64,000 nt of DNA, from the IMG/VR virus record IMGVR_UViG_3300035698_023758, one strand, 5' to 3'. The stretch comes from an uncultured virus (IMG/VR IMGVR_UViG_3300035698_023758). Its lineage: Duplodnaviria; Heunggongvirae; Uroviricota; Caudoviricetes. Under the pieces are notes generated by a model. That model saw only the letters and a list, made by a program, of their open reading frames with translations. It searched no databases and had not been told where the DNA came from. Both the position numbers and the translations under genes were made by a program. Shown one piece after another: positions 9,236 to 19,746 of the stretch; the first letter of the stretch is position 1; every line of letters begins with the position of its first letter.

Positions 9236-9577
9236 CTATTCGTTCATGAATCCTGATTGTTCATTTAGATTACCTATCACCACGTCAGATTTCCAAGTTA
9301 TTTTCGTAGAGGTTATAATTTCTTTTATTTTAGTGACTGTGTCATGCATGAAAGTTGGATCTTCTAATTCTATTTTGATATTTAATTCTTTTGCGATACC
9401 ATGTCTGTAAACCACTATGTGTTCTCGGCGTATTTCAATTGTTATTTTAAAGCCATAACATATTAGGGCAAAAAAATTCGATGGTTTGGATTTTATTGTT
9501 CTTTGATATTCAGTATCTTCTGATTGTGGTAGATGTTTTAAAAGTTCCTGTTTTATTATTTGTGGTATTGGTAACAT
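9236..9577 (-). CDS. LSDP-family small protein
   Basis: IPQIIKQELLKHLP ... KIELEDPTFMHDTV. Confidence 0.6.
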   Translation of the reverse strand: MLPIPQIIKQELLKHLPQSEDTEYQRTIKSKPSNFFALICYGFKITIEIRREHIVVYRHGIAKELNIKIELEDPTFMHDTVTKIKEIITSTKITWKSDVVIGNLNEQSGFMNE

Positions 9578-9694
9578 GAGTCTTAATGATTCTTGCTGAA
9601 TTGTTTCCGGTGTTGCTGGCATCACCATATTAACCGAACTTATCATAAATCGCCCGCACAATTAAATACATTTTTAAGTCAACCGGCATATTTT

Positions 9695-9940
9695 TCATCG
9701 ATTTTTACCCTTAGGCTGGGATGCGATTTTATCTTTAAGCAACAAAGAATTACTGGGTGTGATATCAATATTAGAAATTACGCAATTTTCACCATTTAAA
9801 GACGGAAGAATTGACGCAATATCGTTGATGGATAATTTTAAAGATTCCCACTTATCTCGAACAAGTTCAGAATTATCACCTAACCAACCATCGCGGCGTT
9901 TACCATTAACGTATTGCACAACATGAACATTATAAGTCAT
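9695..9940 (-). CDS. hypothetical protein
   Basis: follows the promoter motif at 9992-10018. Confidence 0.55.
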   Translation of the reverse strand: MTYNVHVVQYVNGKRRDGWLGDNSELVRDKWESLKLSINDIASILPSLNGENCVISNIDITPSNSLLLKDKIASQPKGKNR

Positions 9941-10034
9941 TTCTTCAGCCTTTCTTTTAGTTTTTTCTTTTTCACGACCCTTCTAAAAATATGTTACAGA
10001 ACAAAATATTATTGTTAATCCTGATCACAAAAGT

Positions 10035-10253
10035 TCATTTATTTTTTGGGTTTGTTACTCGCGATTTGTTTTTGAGCATTTTCTTTTTTGAAATAATATC
10101 AAACGCGATATCATAGACAAAAAGAGAACAAACAACAAAACCTATCAAGGCTACCCCAATGACAACATTTAAGGGAGCATCGAATAATAAACTGATCCCA
10201 GAAAACATCATGCTCCCAAGAACACCAAAAGACGCTGCTAATTTAAAAGCCAT
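10035..10253 (-). CDS. small two-TM membrane protein
   Basis: two hydrophobic helices and a basic C-terminal tail. Confidence 0.55.
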   Translation of the reverse strand: MAFKLAASFGVLGSMMFSGISLLFDAPLNVVIGVALIGFVVCSLFVYDIAFDIISKKKMLKNKSRVTNPKNK

Positions 10254-10264
10254 CTATAATTCTC

Positions 10265-11086
10265 TCATTGATAATGGGTTGTTGCTTTTGTGAGCCCAAC
10301 AGATCGATAAATAAAATTAAAATCATCAACACAAATATTTGAAATAACAATCTTATGATCGCCAGCCGCAAACAACGCTTCATCATTTATAATCTTAGTC
10401 ACACATCCGCGATGAGCAGCAACAACAAATTGAGTATCATTGTTAAAAATAAAAAATGTTACACGTCCCAAATAATCACGAGCAGCTACAAGAAAAAACG
10501 CCTCCACCTCTGGATCAACTGCATCTCTTATAACATGCAGATCCTTATTAATTGTACATGTCCCGGCAAAATTAGCACTATGAAAATACCGCTTATTTTC
10601 AAGAAAACCACTTTCACCCAAAGCTTCATTAACAGGGTTGGGGGTGATCCAATTTATATTAGATTGTATTGGTGCCTTTTTAATACCATTAACAGTATCG
10701 GCCTTATCAACAGCACTTCTAATATTATCAAATTCTAAATAAACGCCTTTTTTCAATGCAATTTTCTTATATGAGCCACTAGCTCCGCGAGATAAAATTA
10801 AAAAGTTGCTTTTAGAATCAAAACTATGAGAGCATTGAATACAAACACCACGGTCGCTGTTATAAGCACGTATATTAAGAATGATATCACAAGTGTTAAG
10901 AAAACTCCATTTAGTTTTAACATCAACGGTTATTTTACTGTACTTACCATCAATAGTGCTTATAACATCATCATAGAATACTTTGGACTCATCATATCTT
11001 TTATCAAGTAGATCCTTTGGTAGTTCTGCGACATATCGGTTGCTTAGAACACTAGCATTAAAAACATCTTTATATGATTTAGACAT
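10265..11086 (-). CDS. hypothetical protein
   Basis: 273-aa ORF. Confidence 0.65.
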   Translation of the reverse strand: MSKSYKDVFNASVLSNRYVAELPKDLLDKRYDESKVFYDDVISTIDGKYSKITVDVKTKWSFLNTCDIILNIRAYNSDRGVCIQCSHSFDSKSNFLILSRGASGSYKKIALKKGVYLEFDNIRSAVDKADTVNGIKKAPIQSNINWITPNPVNEALGESGFLENKRYFHSANFAGTCTINKDLHVIRDAVDPEVEAFFLVAARDYLGRVTFFIFNNDTQFVVAAHRGCVTKIINDEALFAAGDHKIVISNICVDDFNFIYRSVGLTKATTHYQ

Positions 11087-11234
11087 TGTGATTTACTTCT
11101 AATTTTTGATGACATTCTTGTGGTTTCAGGCTTTAAAACCCACAAATCAAGTGGATTTTCAGGATCTATCTCTCTAAGAGAATCCGCCATGGCAATTTGA
11201 AAAGCCATAACATCGGTCTAAAAGTTTCATTGGA

Positions 11235-11468
11235 TTAGACATAAATTCCCCATTCGATAAATTTTCCTTCATGATCAGCGGGCAATGTGTCATCTTCGTC
11301 ATTAAGTTTAACATCTTCCAAAGAATATGCGGCTCCTAAAATTTCTACTTCTTTAGGGAAATTGTTCATAGGAACCTTATTTCCCAATAAGATTGTCCCA
11401 TCCGCTTGTCTATAGCCTATGAGTTCAAATCCAGCAAGTGAATCTTTATCAACTTCATGTACCATCAT
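11235..11468 (-). CDS. hypothetical protein
   Basis: GAGG SD, ATGA coupling. Confidence 0.6.
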   Translation of the reverse strand: MMVHEVDKDSLAGFELIGYRQADGTILLGNKVPMNNFPKEVEILGAAYSLEDVKLNDEDDTLPADHEGKFIEWGIYV

Positions 11469-11657
11469 TTTACCTCATGCACACTGATTGATTTTTTATT
11501 TGATGGAAGATAAGCATCCATAGATAACGGAAAAATGTCGTATTCTTCACCAGCATCTTTTTCAGCTTGTTGATAACTATCATACAGTTTTGTGTTTGCG
11601 AGTTTATTTGACCCACCATCAAATAGGACATACTTTACGATCATGTTAATCTTCCCC

Positions 11658-13160
11658 TTATTTAAAGCACCAATTAAAGTCTTTACGATTGTCCATAACA
11701 ACGCTAATCATTTCAGTAAACTTATTAGCATAATATTCATCATGCCAACTGCAGTAACGATGAACAAACTCATGTGTTGCAGTAACCAGCAGGGCATTTC
11801 GATCTGTCAATTTCCATGATTTTTTGAAAGATCGTGACGTCCCATAGCATTGTTCAACCACTTTAACGGGAGAAATGTAATACACAACACCAAATCGATC
11901 ACTTACCTCACGTTCTGCTGCTCTATCATCATCAAAAATAAATCCAATGGAAAAAGAATCTTCAACATCAAACAAGCGATGTAATTCAAGCATTAAACGA
12001 CCCCAAATTTTAGTCAATTTTCGAGAATACTCACTAAATTGATGAGAATTTGGTCGATAATAATCAGCAATCATCATACCGGTATTATTTTTAATAATAA
12101 AATTGGGTGCCACTGACACTGATCGCTTCACAAGATCGACATCATTATAACTGTGGGATTTTAGCAACACCGTACCACGCTCAACTTTTTGATAATCATT
12201 TTCAACATCTGATTTTGGTGTATCCGGAAAATCATCAGATGTTGAAGATTCCTCGGCATTAACAATGGCAGTGGCGATTTTCATTGGGATATCAAGCGTT
12301 TGTCTGATATCCACAGTATCTCGTTGTTGGTGATGGCTGATTTTGTCACCAACGAATTCTTCATATTGTGGGATATCATCCCGTAAAGCAGATTTTTTAT
12401 CAACAGCAATATGTGAGATAAATGTGTTTAATTCATAACCATATGGGTTAATTAGACCGTCTCGGTTAGATGTTAAAACATCCTGTGAGGTACCATTTAA
12501 TTCAACAATCACAAGACGGTCATTTGAAACGTAATTGTAAAACATTGGTATTCCACCAATTCTCACAACCATAGTGTTGGGATGTGCCTTACTGGTGTAA
12601 ACAGTGCCAAATGTGAGATCTCGTCTTCGTGTTCCTTTTCGTAAGCCGCCGTCTAAAGCATCACCATTTAATGTAAAAGACATATTACATTGGGAATACT
12701 GCACGAATTTTTCTACTTCGTGCTTAATTCTGTGGGCATTATCTTCATCGATAACAACTCTTGATCGTGTTCCATTGAAATTTTCGCATTCTTCAATGGA
12801 ATATTCACCTCCCGATCCACTTACATAATTCGTACCAGACCAAATTTCATATGAATTGTGTGCGAGATAAAGAATGATTTTGGCTTTTCCGAACCCACCT
12901 ATTGTTCCCTCAAATTCTTTACCAGATTCTCCAAGAGAAAGCAATTTATTAACAATAATATCTTCGGTCATTGGTTCGCCATTGTTTTCCCATGTGACCA
13001 CTGTAGAACCATCATGCTCTTCGATGTTAAAGTTGACGATAGTCGATCCACATGCGTCGATGCTATTTTGCATCGCTTCTCTCACGAATGCCCATCCCCA
13101 ATCGGCGTAATCGTTAAATTCATTTTTAAAAAATCGATTACCAATTTTAACAGATTTCAT
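11658..13160 (-). CDS. GHKL (HATPase_c) ATPase with C-terminal HExxH zincin-like motif
   Basis: N-box REAMQNSIDA, ENNGEPM, G2-box GGFGKAK; C-terminal ATHEFVHRYCSWHD. Confidence 0.8.
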   Translation of the reverse strand: MKSVKIGNRFFKNEFNDYADWGWAFVREAMQNSIDACGSTIVNFNIEEHDGSTVVTWENNGEPMTEDIIVNKLLSLGESGKEFEGTIGGFGKAKIILYLAHNSYEIWSGTNYVSGSGGEYSIEECENFNGTRSRVVIDEDNAHRIKHEVEKFVQYSQCNMSFTLNGDALDGGLRKGTRRRDLTFGTVYTSKAHPNTMVVRIGGIPMFYNYVSNDRLVIVELNGTSQDVLTSNRDGLINPYGYELNTFISHIAVDKKSALRDDIPQYEEFVGDKISHHQQRDTVDIRQTLDIPMKIATAIVNAEESSTSDDFPDTPKSDVENDYQKVERGTVLLKSHSYNDVDLVKRSVSVAPNFIIKNNTGMMIADYYRPNSHQFSEYSRKLTKIWGRLMLELHRLFDVEDSFSIGFIFDDDRAAEREVSDRFGVVYYISPVKVVEQCYGTSRSFKKSWKLTDRNALLVTATHEFVHRYCSWHDEYYANKFTEMISVVMDNRKDFNWCFK

Positions 13161-13222
13161 TACCCATCCCCTTTTAAATGAAAGAATTGCCTCAAATATA
13201 TGTTACAAAAGGGAATTTGCTG

Positions 13223-13627
13223 TTAATATTGGCTAAATTCTTCATCCTCGTTATCGTCATCATTTTCATAATTATCATCTTCGTCATCATCTTCGTCATC
13301 TTCTCCAACAAAAGAAAAATCAGAAAATTCGCCACCGCAATAGCAACAAAAATAGGGTAAAAATTCTTTACTACAACCTTTCGTGTAAAATTCAGAATTA
13401 CAAAAAGAACAATAAATAGTCGCGTACTTTAAATTCAGCAATCTATGGCTTCGACTATATATAATCGAATTCAAATGTTTAAATATGTTCTTTAATTCAT
13501 GTCTACAAGTTTTAAGGCAGTTGAGAGATATGCTTAATTCTGATTTTAAAAGATAATTTTCATCGAGTACAGCATTTAATCTCCATAGGCACACAATGAT
13601 CGCGATCGTTAGGCATCCAATAATCAT
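13223..13627 (-). CDS. membrane-anchored zinc-finger protein with acidic tail
   Basis: N-terminal TM, CSFC..CCYCG, D/E-rich C-terminus. Confidence 0.55.
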   Translation of the reverse strand: MIIGCLTIAIIVCLWRLNAVLDENYLLKSELSISLNCLKTCRHELKNIFKHLNSIIYSRSHRLLNLKYATIYCSFCNSEFYTKGCSKEFLPYFCCYCGGEFSDFSFVGEDDEDDDEDDNYENDDDNEDEEFSQY

Positions 13628-14160
13628 TTTGAATCATCCAAGAATTTAATAATTTTATTTCTATCTATAGAAATAATATCCTCATCAGAACCAATTCTTT
13701 CTGAATCCATGAATCTGATAAGATTAATTAAAGTAGTAAAAACTACGACACTATCACCGTTGTTTATATGGTGACTTATAACATTTTTTAATCTGCATAA
13801 TAAGCTCATTGACTCAATCATATATAAAACAGGTGGTATCGTATATTTTGTAAATCCAAGAGATTTACAAATTGAATCATCAATATCAATATCTTGGCCG
13901 ACAATGCAAAGAGCATCAATCGTAATACCAATAATATGCCCCATCATGCCGTTTGGATGATTTTCAAAGAAGTGATATGATAAACCACTATCAGGACATG
14001 AAACGGCAATATATTCTTCTGCGATTTGAAACCACCGATCTTTTCCAATATCGATGCATGCATCTACAATTTCATCGCGATGATTCCTATCACAAAAATC
14101 TTCATTAAACACTTTATATTCTTTTTTAATTTGATCAAGCATTTTTTCATAATTTGTCAT
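13624..14160 (-). CDS. hypothetical protein
   Basis: 178-aa ORF, ATGA-coupled. Confidence 0.6.
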   Translation of the reverse strand: MTNYEKMLDQIKKEYKVFNEDFCDRNHRDEIVDACIDIGKDRWFQIAEEYIAVSCPDSGLSYHFFENHPNGMMGHIIGITIDALCIVGQDIDIDDSICKSLGFTKYTIPPVLYMIESMSLLCRLKNVISHHINNGDSVVVFTTLINLIRFMDSERIGSDEDIISIDRNKIIKFLDDSK

Positions 14161-14378
14161 TTGTTTCCACCAATTTATCGCCCCTATTTCATAATAACTC
14201 TTCGTTCGCCGGTTTTTTGTTCACATATGTTTTTTCGGTTTTTATGCTAGTATGATATTCCATAGCAACACTCCACCCAAATTTAAAAGTGATCCAATTT
14301 ATTTCACCGGCAATAAGGATTATAATTTCTTTAATATTTGAAAATAATCGTCTCAAAATACTCAATTTTGAATCCTCC

Positions 14379-14412
14379 ATTTACCCAACCGCCAAATGGC
14401 GGTTGGGTAAAT
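14379..14412. terminator. perfect hairpin (terminator or attenuator)
   Basis: atttacccaaccgcc-aaat-ggcggttgggtaaat. Confidence 0.6.
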
Positions 14413-14422
14413 ATTAAAAATA

Positions 14423-15100
14423 TCAGACCTTAATGTAACGAACACAACTACTACCAATCGCATCGATGAGTTGTGATAACATAACTGTATTGTTACCAAC
14501 AAGAGACGCCGCACGATCAACAGTACCAGGTTTCAATGCCGTTTTCACTGAAACATCTAAAAGCTGGCTGGCGGTTTCCTCATTAATAACCGGATCACCG
14601 TTCTTAGTGCTTGTCAATTTGCGAATAGCTGACTCCAGATATTTTTCAATAACTTCAGAAACTCCATCGATCGCCATAACCTCCCGATTAAAGGCAATGC
14701 TAGTTTCATCATAAAGCAATTCATCAACGGCATCATCACCCAGCAGTTGTTTCATTGCTTCAATTTGTTCATCTTTCACACCATATTGACCGGACCGGTC
14801 TTGAACAACATAGGTGGCTTTATCACCTTCATTATTCACAACTTGCATTGGTGAATCAGGCATGATGCCCAATGCAGCAAAATCAGCAATGAAACTGTCA
14901 GAAGCTGAATTAAAAACAACTTGTTTATGAAGTTTCATACGAGCATCGATGGCTTTCTTTTCAGCATTCAATTTAGCCAATTCATGCAGAGAGAGTGCGA
15001 CACTTTGTTCTTCTTCAACTTGGCCAACATTCCAAGTAGTGCTTTTCTTTTTAGTTTTCTTTGTTTCTGACTTTTTAGCAGCTTTTGCAAATAAACCCAT
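14423..15100 (-). CDS. hypothetical protein
   Basis: GGAGA SD; promoter motif at 15174-15199. Confidence 0.75.
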   Translation of the reverse strand: MGLFAKAAKKSETKKTKKKSTTWNVGQVEEEQSVALSLHELAKLNAEKKAIDARMKLHKQVVFNSASDSFIADFAALGIMPDSPMQVVNNEGDKATYVVQDRSGQYGVKDEQIEAMKQLLGDDAVDELLYDETSIAFNREVMAIDGVSEVIEKYLESAIRKLTSTKNGDPVINEETASQLLDVSVKTALKPGTVDRAASLVGNNTVMLSQLIDAIGSSCVRYIKV

Positions 15101-15278
15101 AATTAAATATTCTCCAAAAAAGTGAACGTCGTTCGCTCCAAACCACCATGGTTTGGCCTCGTTGACATAAGATTGTTACAAAATAGGGCATGCGGTTAAT
15201 ATTAATATTAACATTAAACAAAATTGTCTCATATGACACAATAAGCACAAACATATTTTAATATATAGGAAAACAAAA

Positions 15279-15968
15279 ATGAAAATAATGGTAAAAGAAG
15301 AACAGTACATTTATCCACCACGTGCGAGCGAAGCAATTCCAATAAAGGACGCAATATCATTGTACTCACAATTTGGGTGGAAAGCACAACTAAAGTATAA
15401 TGACTCACGGTGCCAAATTAAAATACTACCAAACGGGTCAATAGAATTATGGAACAGGCACGCAGAAAAATTCAGATCATATAAAGTAAGCTCTGAATTA
15501 CAAAAGCAGCTACAAAAATTGAAAAGCAAATTACCAGAAGGATTAAGTATCTTAGATGGTGGATTACTTGACCAAAAACACAAAGCGATCAAGAATACGA
15601 TTGCAATCTGGGATATTCTTGTATTAAGTGGCGAACATCTTGTTGGAACAACATATAAACATAGATATGATATAGTACATGATTTGTGCTCTGAAAAAGA
15701 TTATACATATGGGGAGATATGTTTTGGAAAAAGAATCACCGACGATATATTCGTACCAGAAAATTTAGATTGCAGTGATTGGGAAGATATGTGGAAAGAT
15801 TTAAACAAACTAAATGAACCGTTTGTGAATACAGGAGAAGCTGGACCACTTATTGAGGGCTTGGTCTTTAAAGACTTATCTGGTAAATTAGAATTTGGAT
15901 TCAAAGAGAAAAATAATTCATCATGGATGACCAGATCACGCGTGAGAACTGGAAGACACGCGTTCTAG
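15279..15968 (+). CDS. ATP-dependent DNA/RNA-ligase-like adenylation domain (no OB domain)
   Basis: motif I QLKYNDSR, III ILDGGL, IIIa IWDIL, IV IEGLVFKD, V WMTRSR. Confidence 0.75.
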   Translation: MKIMVKEEQYIYPPRASEAIPIKDAISLYSQFGWKAQLKYNDSRCQIKILPNGSIELWNRHAEKFRSYKVSSELQKQLQKLKSKLPEGLSILDGGLLDQKHKAIKNTIAIWDILVLSGEHLVGTTYKHRYDIVHDLCSEKDYTYGEICFGKRITDDIFVPENLDCSDWEDMWKDLNKLNEPFVNTGEAGPLIEGLVFKDLSGKLEFGFKEKNNSSWMTRSRVRTGRHAF

Positions 15969-16213
15969 ATCTTAGCAACTGGGCAAACTGTTTCACTATT
16001 AGAGACAAAACGGACTCCAATAACCCCAAATTTATTGAAGTCATTTATGCAGCCCGTTCTTAGTGCTTCAATTATATCATGTGCTCTATATGCTCCAGTG
16101 ATTCCTCTTAGTGCACTTATAACTTCATCCCCTGGGTAGAAATCATCCATGTTGATTTCTACCATATTGTTTCCAACCCCAACAATGGCATGATAGGCGG
16201 CTATCTTGCTCAT
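15965..16213 (-). CDS. hypothetical protein
   Basis: ORF in the minus-strand run. Confidence 0.5.
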   Translation of the reverse strand: MSKIAAYHAIVGVGNNMVEINMDDFYPGDEVISALRGITGAYRAHDIIEALRTGCINDFNKFGVIGVRFVSNSETVCPVAKI

Positions 16214-16214
16214 A

Positions 16215-16535
16215 TCACCATATCCCCTTATATGTTCTTGAATTCTTTGATTCTAACCAACAGCTAAGATGTGCCAAGATCTTATCAAGCACATTAGGAT
16301 TACTAAGATCGAATGAAGACAAATTATCTTCACCCCACATATCTACTTCTAAAATACTATCATATAAAGCAATTGAACAAAATATACTTTTAGTGTCAAT
16401 AGCCCTACTGGTATTTACATAGTATATTGTATACCTGCTATTTTCGGAAGATGCTGAAGCAGCAGTTAATTCTACATCCATAGATTCAAATTCTGAGATA
16501 ATATTATTAATAAGAGCGTTTAGCATCAGCGGCAT
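16215..16535 (-). CDS. LSDP-family small protein
   Basis: SFDLSNPNVLDKIL. Confidence 0.65.
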   Translation of the reverse strand: MPLMLNALINNIISEFESMDVELTAASASSENSRYTIYYVNTSRAIDTKSIFCSIALYDSILEVDMWGEDNLSSFDLSNPNVLDKILAHLSCWLESKNSRTYKGIW

Positions 16536-17044
16536 TTCCTCCCTGGAAATGAAAATATAATACCAAATATCTTACCAAATATCTTAAATATGCACAAGGT
16601 GGAATATAATATAACCCCAAATACCAAATACAATATAACAGGTATGATACATAACATATCATATTTATCTGTCAATTTCAAAAGTCTTTTCCCAAAAACC
16701 GTATGATCAAATGCGAGATTATATAAAAAAGGCTTTTTGGAAATATTAGGGATCACATAATCTTTCATTTGATCATATGATTTTGGATCTCTTATGTCAA
16801 AAGACTTATAATCGGGGCGAGAGGGAGCGGAAGAATCAGATTCGTGCATATTACAAAAATTCAAAACCTTAACCAAATACCATTCTTCGTCGCATCTTAA
16901 ACGACAGATTAATTCATCTTTTATAAATGGTATCACACGCATTATGTTTATAATATCACCGCTAGTAGATATATCATAATAATGCTTGCCATTATCAGCA
17001 TCACTTATTAATTTAGTTGCAATCGATTCCAAAATTTTCCTCAT
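16526..17044 (-). CDS. LSDP-family protein with C-terminal TM helix
   Basis: SFDIRDPKSYDQMK followed by a hydrophobic segment. Confidence 0.65.
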   Translation of the reverse strand: MRKILESIATKLISDADNGKHYYDISTSGDIINIMRVIPFIKDELICRLRCDEEWYLVKVLNFCNMHESDSSAPSRPDYKSFDIRDPKSYDQMKDYVIPNISKKPFLYNLAFDHTVFGKRLLKLTDKYDMLCIIPVILYLVFGVILYSTLCIFKIFGKIFGIIFSFPGRKCR

Positions 17045-17068
17045 ATCCCATTTTCCTCTATGGAAATC

Positions 17069-17404
17069 CTAGCATTGTTTCAATGATGTGACTGTGGTGA
17101 TAAAATTGATTAAATCATCCATACTATTAGCATCGTTAATATTAATTCTAATCCATTTTATGTCAATCTTAGCAGTTCTAAATGCGTAACACGATATCAT
17201 ATGATTATTTTCAACATATATATCAACATAATTAGATGGCCTAAATGTTTCTGAAAATTCAAATATCATTCTAAAGCCATACGATTCATCGTTGTAGTCA
17301 TGTTCCCATGACCTGAGACTAGAAATGCCTTTAGTTTGAAATTTATCTGTTAAATCAGATATTAATACTTTAGATAAATATTTGTAATTCATTAAACAAA
17401 TCAT
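17069..17404 (-). CDS. LSDP-family small protein
   Basis: RININDANSMDDLI. Confidence 0.6.
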   Translation of the reverse strand: MICLMNYKYLSKVLISDLTDKFQTKGISSLRSWEHDYNDESYGFRMIFEFSETFRPSNYVDIYVENNHMISCYAFRTAKIDIKWIRININDANSMDDLINFITTVTSLKQC

Positions 17405-17648
17405 TTAAAAGTCTATATGAGTCTTCAACACAATTTGGAATGCTGTAATCATTCAAAAATTCTATACTATCAGCAACAAATTGATCTCCAATAGTAGTAT
17501 TGAATTTGTGACCTAAATTTGTCAATTTTTCTTCTAAATACTTTAATTTTCGATCGTATATCCAGAAACTTATATGTATGTAATCTTCAAAAATCAAAAC
17601 AGTGCATGTTATTATTATAAGATAAATCAAAAGATTTACATAAGTCAT
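17370..17648 (-). CDS. small membrane protein
   Basis: N-terminal TM helix. Confidence 0.5.
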   Translation of the reverse strand: MTYVNLLIYLIIITCTVLIFEDYIHISFWIYDRKLKYLEEKLTNLGHKFNTTIGDQFVADSIEFLNDYSIPNCVEDSYRLLNDLFNELQIFI

Positions 17649-17723
17649 TCTGACCTAAACTATTAATATGTTCTTTACATGTTAAATGAGACATAATATC
17701 ACTTAACACTATTTCTTGTATTT

Positions 17724-18119
17724 TCATATTTCGTATGTTTTTTTAATTTCATTGATATGCTTTTTGATTTTACTTAAAGAATCTGGGTCAGACAACGACT
17801 CACTACAACACATCAGCATATTGTCATCCATTTGCCCTCCCGTAATGCTTTGAAGGCTATTTTGGTCAGCATGGATGGAAGTTTTTGAGTATGCAATGTT
17901 TATAGGGGGCTCCTGTCTAGATAATAATTTTGGGTTGTTGCTAAATACTGATATCAAAACAATGCCATCTAAAACAGAAAACCATACTCTCTCATTTTTA
18001 GAAGCATACATTACTTCCCCACCAGATCCTTCTGTTTTTATAACCATAGGAAGATTGTCAAAATTATTTTTCACCATATCAATAAAGGTGAGGACTTCTT
18101 TTGAAACATTGGCAGTCAT
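17724..18119 (-). CDS. LSDP-family small protein
   Basis: SESLSDPDSLSKIK. Confidence 0.65.
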   Translation of the reverse strand: MTANVSKEVLTFIDMVKNNFDNLPMVIKTEGSGGEVMYASKNERVWFSVLDGIVLISVFSNNPKLLSRQEPPINIAYSKTSIHADQNSLQSITGGQMDDNMLMCCSESLSDPDSLSKIKKHINEIKKTYEI

Positions 18120-18457
18120 ATAAGCCCATTTTCATCTGGCACATGAACCCTTCTAAATTCCTTAATTATAGATTTTAATATTTTTACACCAAAAGTCACT
18201 GATTCTTCGCTATTTAAATCAATGGTTTTCAATCCAATAGTTGAAGAAACCTGTGAGTATAACAATAAGCCATCTTTTGTAGTGATCAATAGGGCTATAT
18301 CATATGGTATTTTAGTATTAAGTCTCCTTCTTGATTTATCGCTTATTATTATATAGGGCATATTGGTTATTTGGCAGTCGGTTGACTCTACTAATATATC
18401 TTCATCATTAATTAATTTTTTTATATGCTTAATTAGCACTTTTTTAATTATGCTCAT
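18116..18457 (-). CDS. LSDP-family small protein (divergent)
   Basis: TIDLNSEESVTFGV. Confidence 0.55.
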   Translation of the reverse strand: MSIIKKVLIKHIKKLINDEDILVESTDCQITNMPYIIISDKSRRRLNTKIPYDIALLITTKDGLLLYSQVSSTIGLKTIDLNSEESVTFGVKILKSIIKEFRRVHVPDENGLI

Positions 18458-18747
18458 TTGAGGAATTCTTCTATTTTACTTATGACCTTATCGGGGCTGA
18501 GTGGATCATCAATATTAAATTCACTATGCTCACCAGATTTAGACACTGTTATCTCATTATCTATAATCATAACGTGCACCAAGCTTTTAGCAAAATGTCT
18601 ACGTTTATTACTAACACCAATTGATGATTTATTTGGATCTTTTATTATTAAAACATTATCTGCAATCGAGATAATATATCCATCAATGAATGGTAAATTT
18701 CTTAGTTTTTTATTAATATGATTGACAAATAATGACTGAATATCCAA
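18454..18747 (-). CDS. LSDP-family small protein
   Basis: EFNIDDPLSPDKVI. Confidence 0.6.
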   Translation of the reverse strand: MDIQSLFVNHINKKLRNLPFIDGYIISIADNVLIIKDPNKSSIGVSNKRRHFAKSLVHVMIIDNEITVSKSGEHSEFNIDDPLSPDKVISKIEEFLK

Positions 18748-18755
18748 GTATTGTC

Positions 18756-19103
18756 CTATCTTTTATATTCTAGTTTTTTATCAAGATTATTAAATAAATC
18801 ATCAAGACACGTTGCATTGTTTAATTCATATTTATTAAAGTCTAATTTATTATGATCTGGATCGTATCGTGTAACAGTGATACAATATTCGGAGATTATT
18901 TCAACGGGCTGACTACAGCTGTCAAATATCATTACGCTTTGTCGATCATAATGCACACTTACATTAATAGGATTAATAACATTAATAACGATTAGAATAC
19001 CATCATTATAGTAACTTGGGTGCTTGATGTCTATGCACACATTGTATCTGTCAGTTATTTTTTTAGCAATACTCTCATTAATTGCTCTACTATTGTTTGG
19101 CAA
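18756..19103 (-). CDS. LSDP-family small protein
   Basis: KYELNNATCLDDLF. Confidence 0.55.
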   Translation of the reverse strand: MPNNSRAINESIAKKITDRYNVCIDIKHPSYYNDGILIVINVINPINVSVHYDRQSVMIFDSCSQPVEIISEYCITVTRYDPDHNKLDFNKYELNNATCLDDLFNNLDKKLEYKR

Positions 19104-19452
19104 TTTTACACCTTTTACGCCTTTTGAGAGTCAATCCCTTTCTAAGAGATTTAAGCACTTCTTGAATACAATTTGGATCATTTAAAAGATGCTCTGTTTT
19201 GATATCTTTAGAATAAGGAAATAGCTGATCACAATCAATGTCACAAGTAAAAATACGTTCTTTTTCGACCGAAATAAATACTCGTTTACGTTTTTTATTA
19301 TTCGTGATAATTGCTGACCCACTCCTATATTCATTTGCCTGCCATATATTACAAGCAATCTTTTGATGTTTTCTTAGTTCTTTAATAATATGTCTAATGA
19401 TAATATTTTCAGGTAATCCGACAATTATTTTAGTCACATTTCTTCTTGTCAT
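19090..19452 (-). CDS. LSDP-family small protein
   Basis: EHLLNDPNCIQEVL. Confidence 0.6.
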   Translation of the reverse strand: MTRRNVTKIIVGLPENIIIRHIIKELRKHQKIACNIWQANEYRSGSAIITNNKKRKRVFISVEKERIFTCDIDCDQLFPYSKDIKTEHLLNDPNCIQEVLKSLRKGLTLKRRKRCKIAKQ

Positions 19453-19745
19453 GCTAAGTCCAAATGCTTATAAACATTTTGAGGAAATTTTGGATCAGCA
19501 AAATGAAATATGCCATCAACAAAAGAATTTGAACTATAAACTTTGATGATCAGTTTATGGTGTAAAATTCGGATATCAAAATTATCTTGTTGAGAAGATA
19601 CATAAGGTGGTTTTGTATCGTAGACGCTGACAATAATAACATCATTGCTATAACTTCTACTACATCGTGGATATTTCTTATCAACAAGATCTAATAAATC
19701 TTGTGATATCATCATTTGCAAGTCGGTTCTATGATTTAAAGTCAT
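19449..19745 (-). CDS. LSDP-family small protein
   Basis: IFHFADPKFPQNVY; start MTLNHR. Confidence 0.6.
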   Translation of the reverse strand: MTLNHRTDLQMMISQDLLDLVDKKYPRCSRSYSNDVIIVSVYDTKPPYVSSQQDNFDIRILHHKLIIKVYSSNSFVDGIFHFADPKFPQNVYKHLDLA

Positions 19746-19746
19746 T

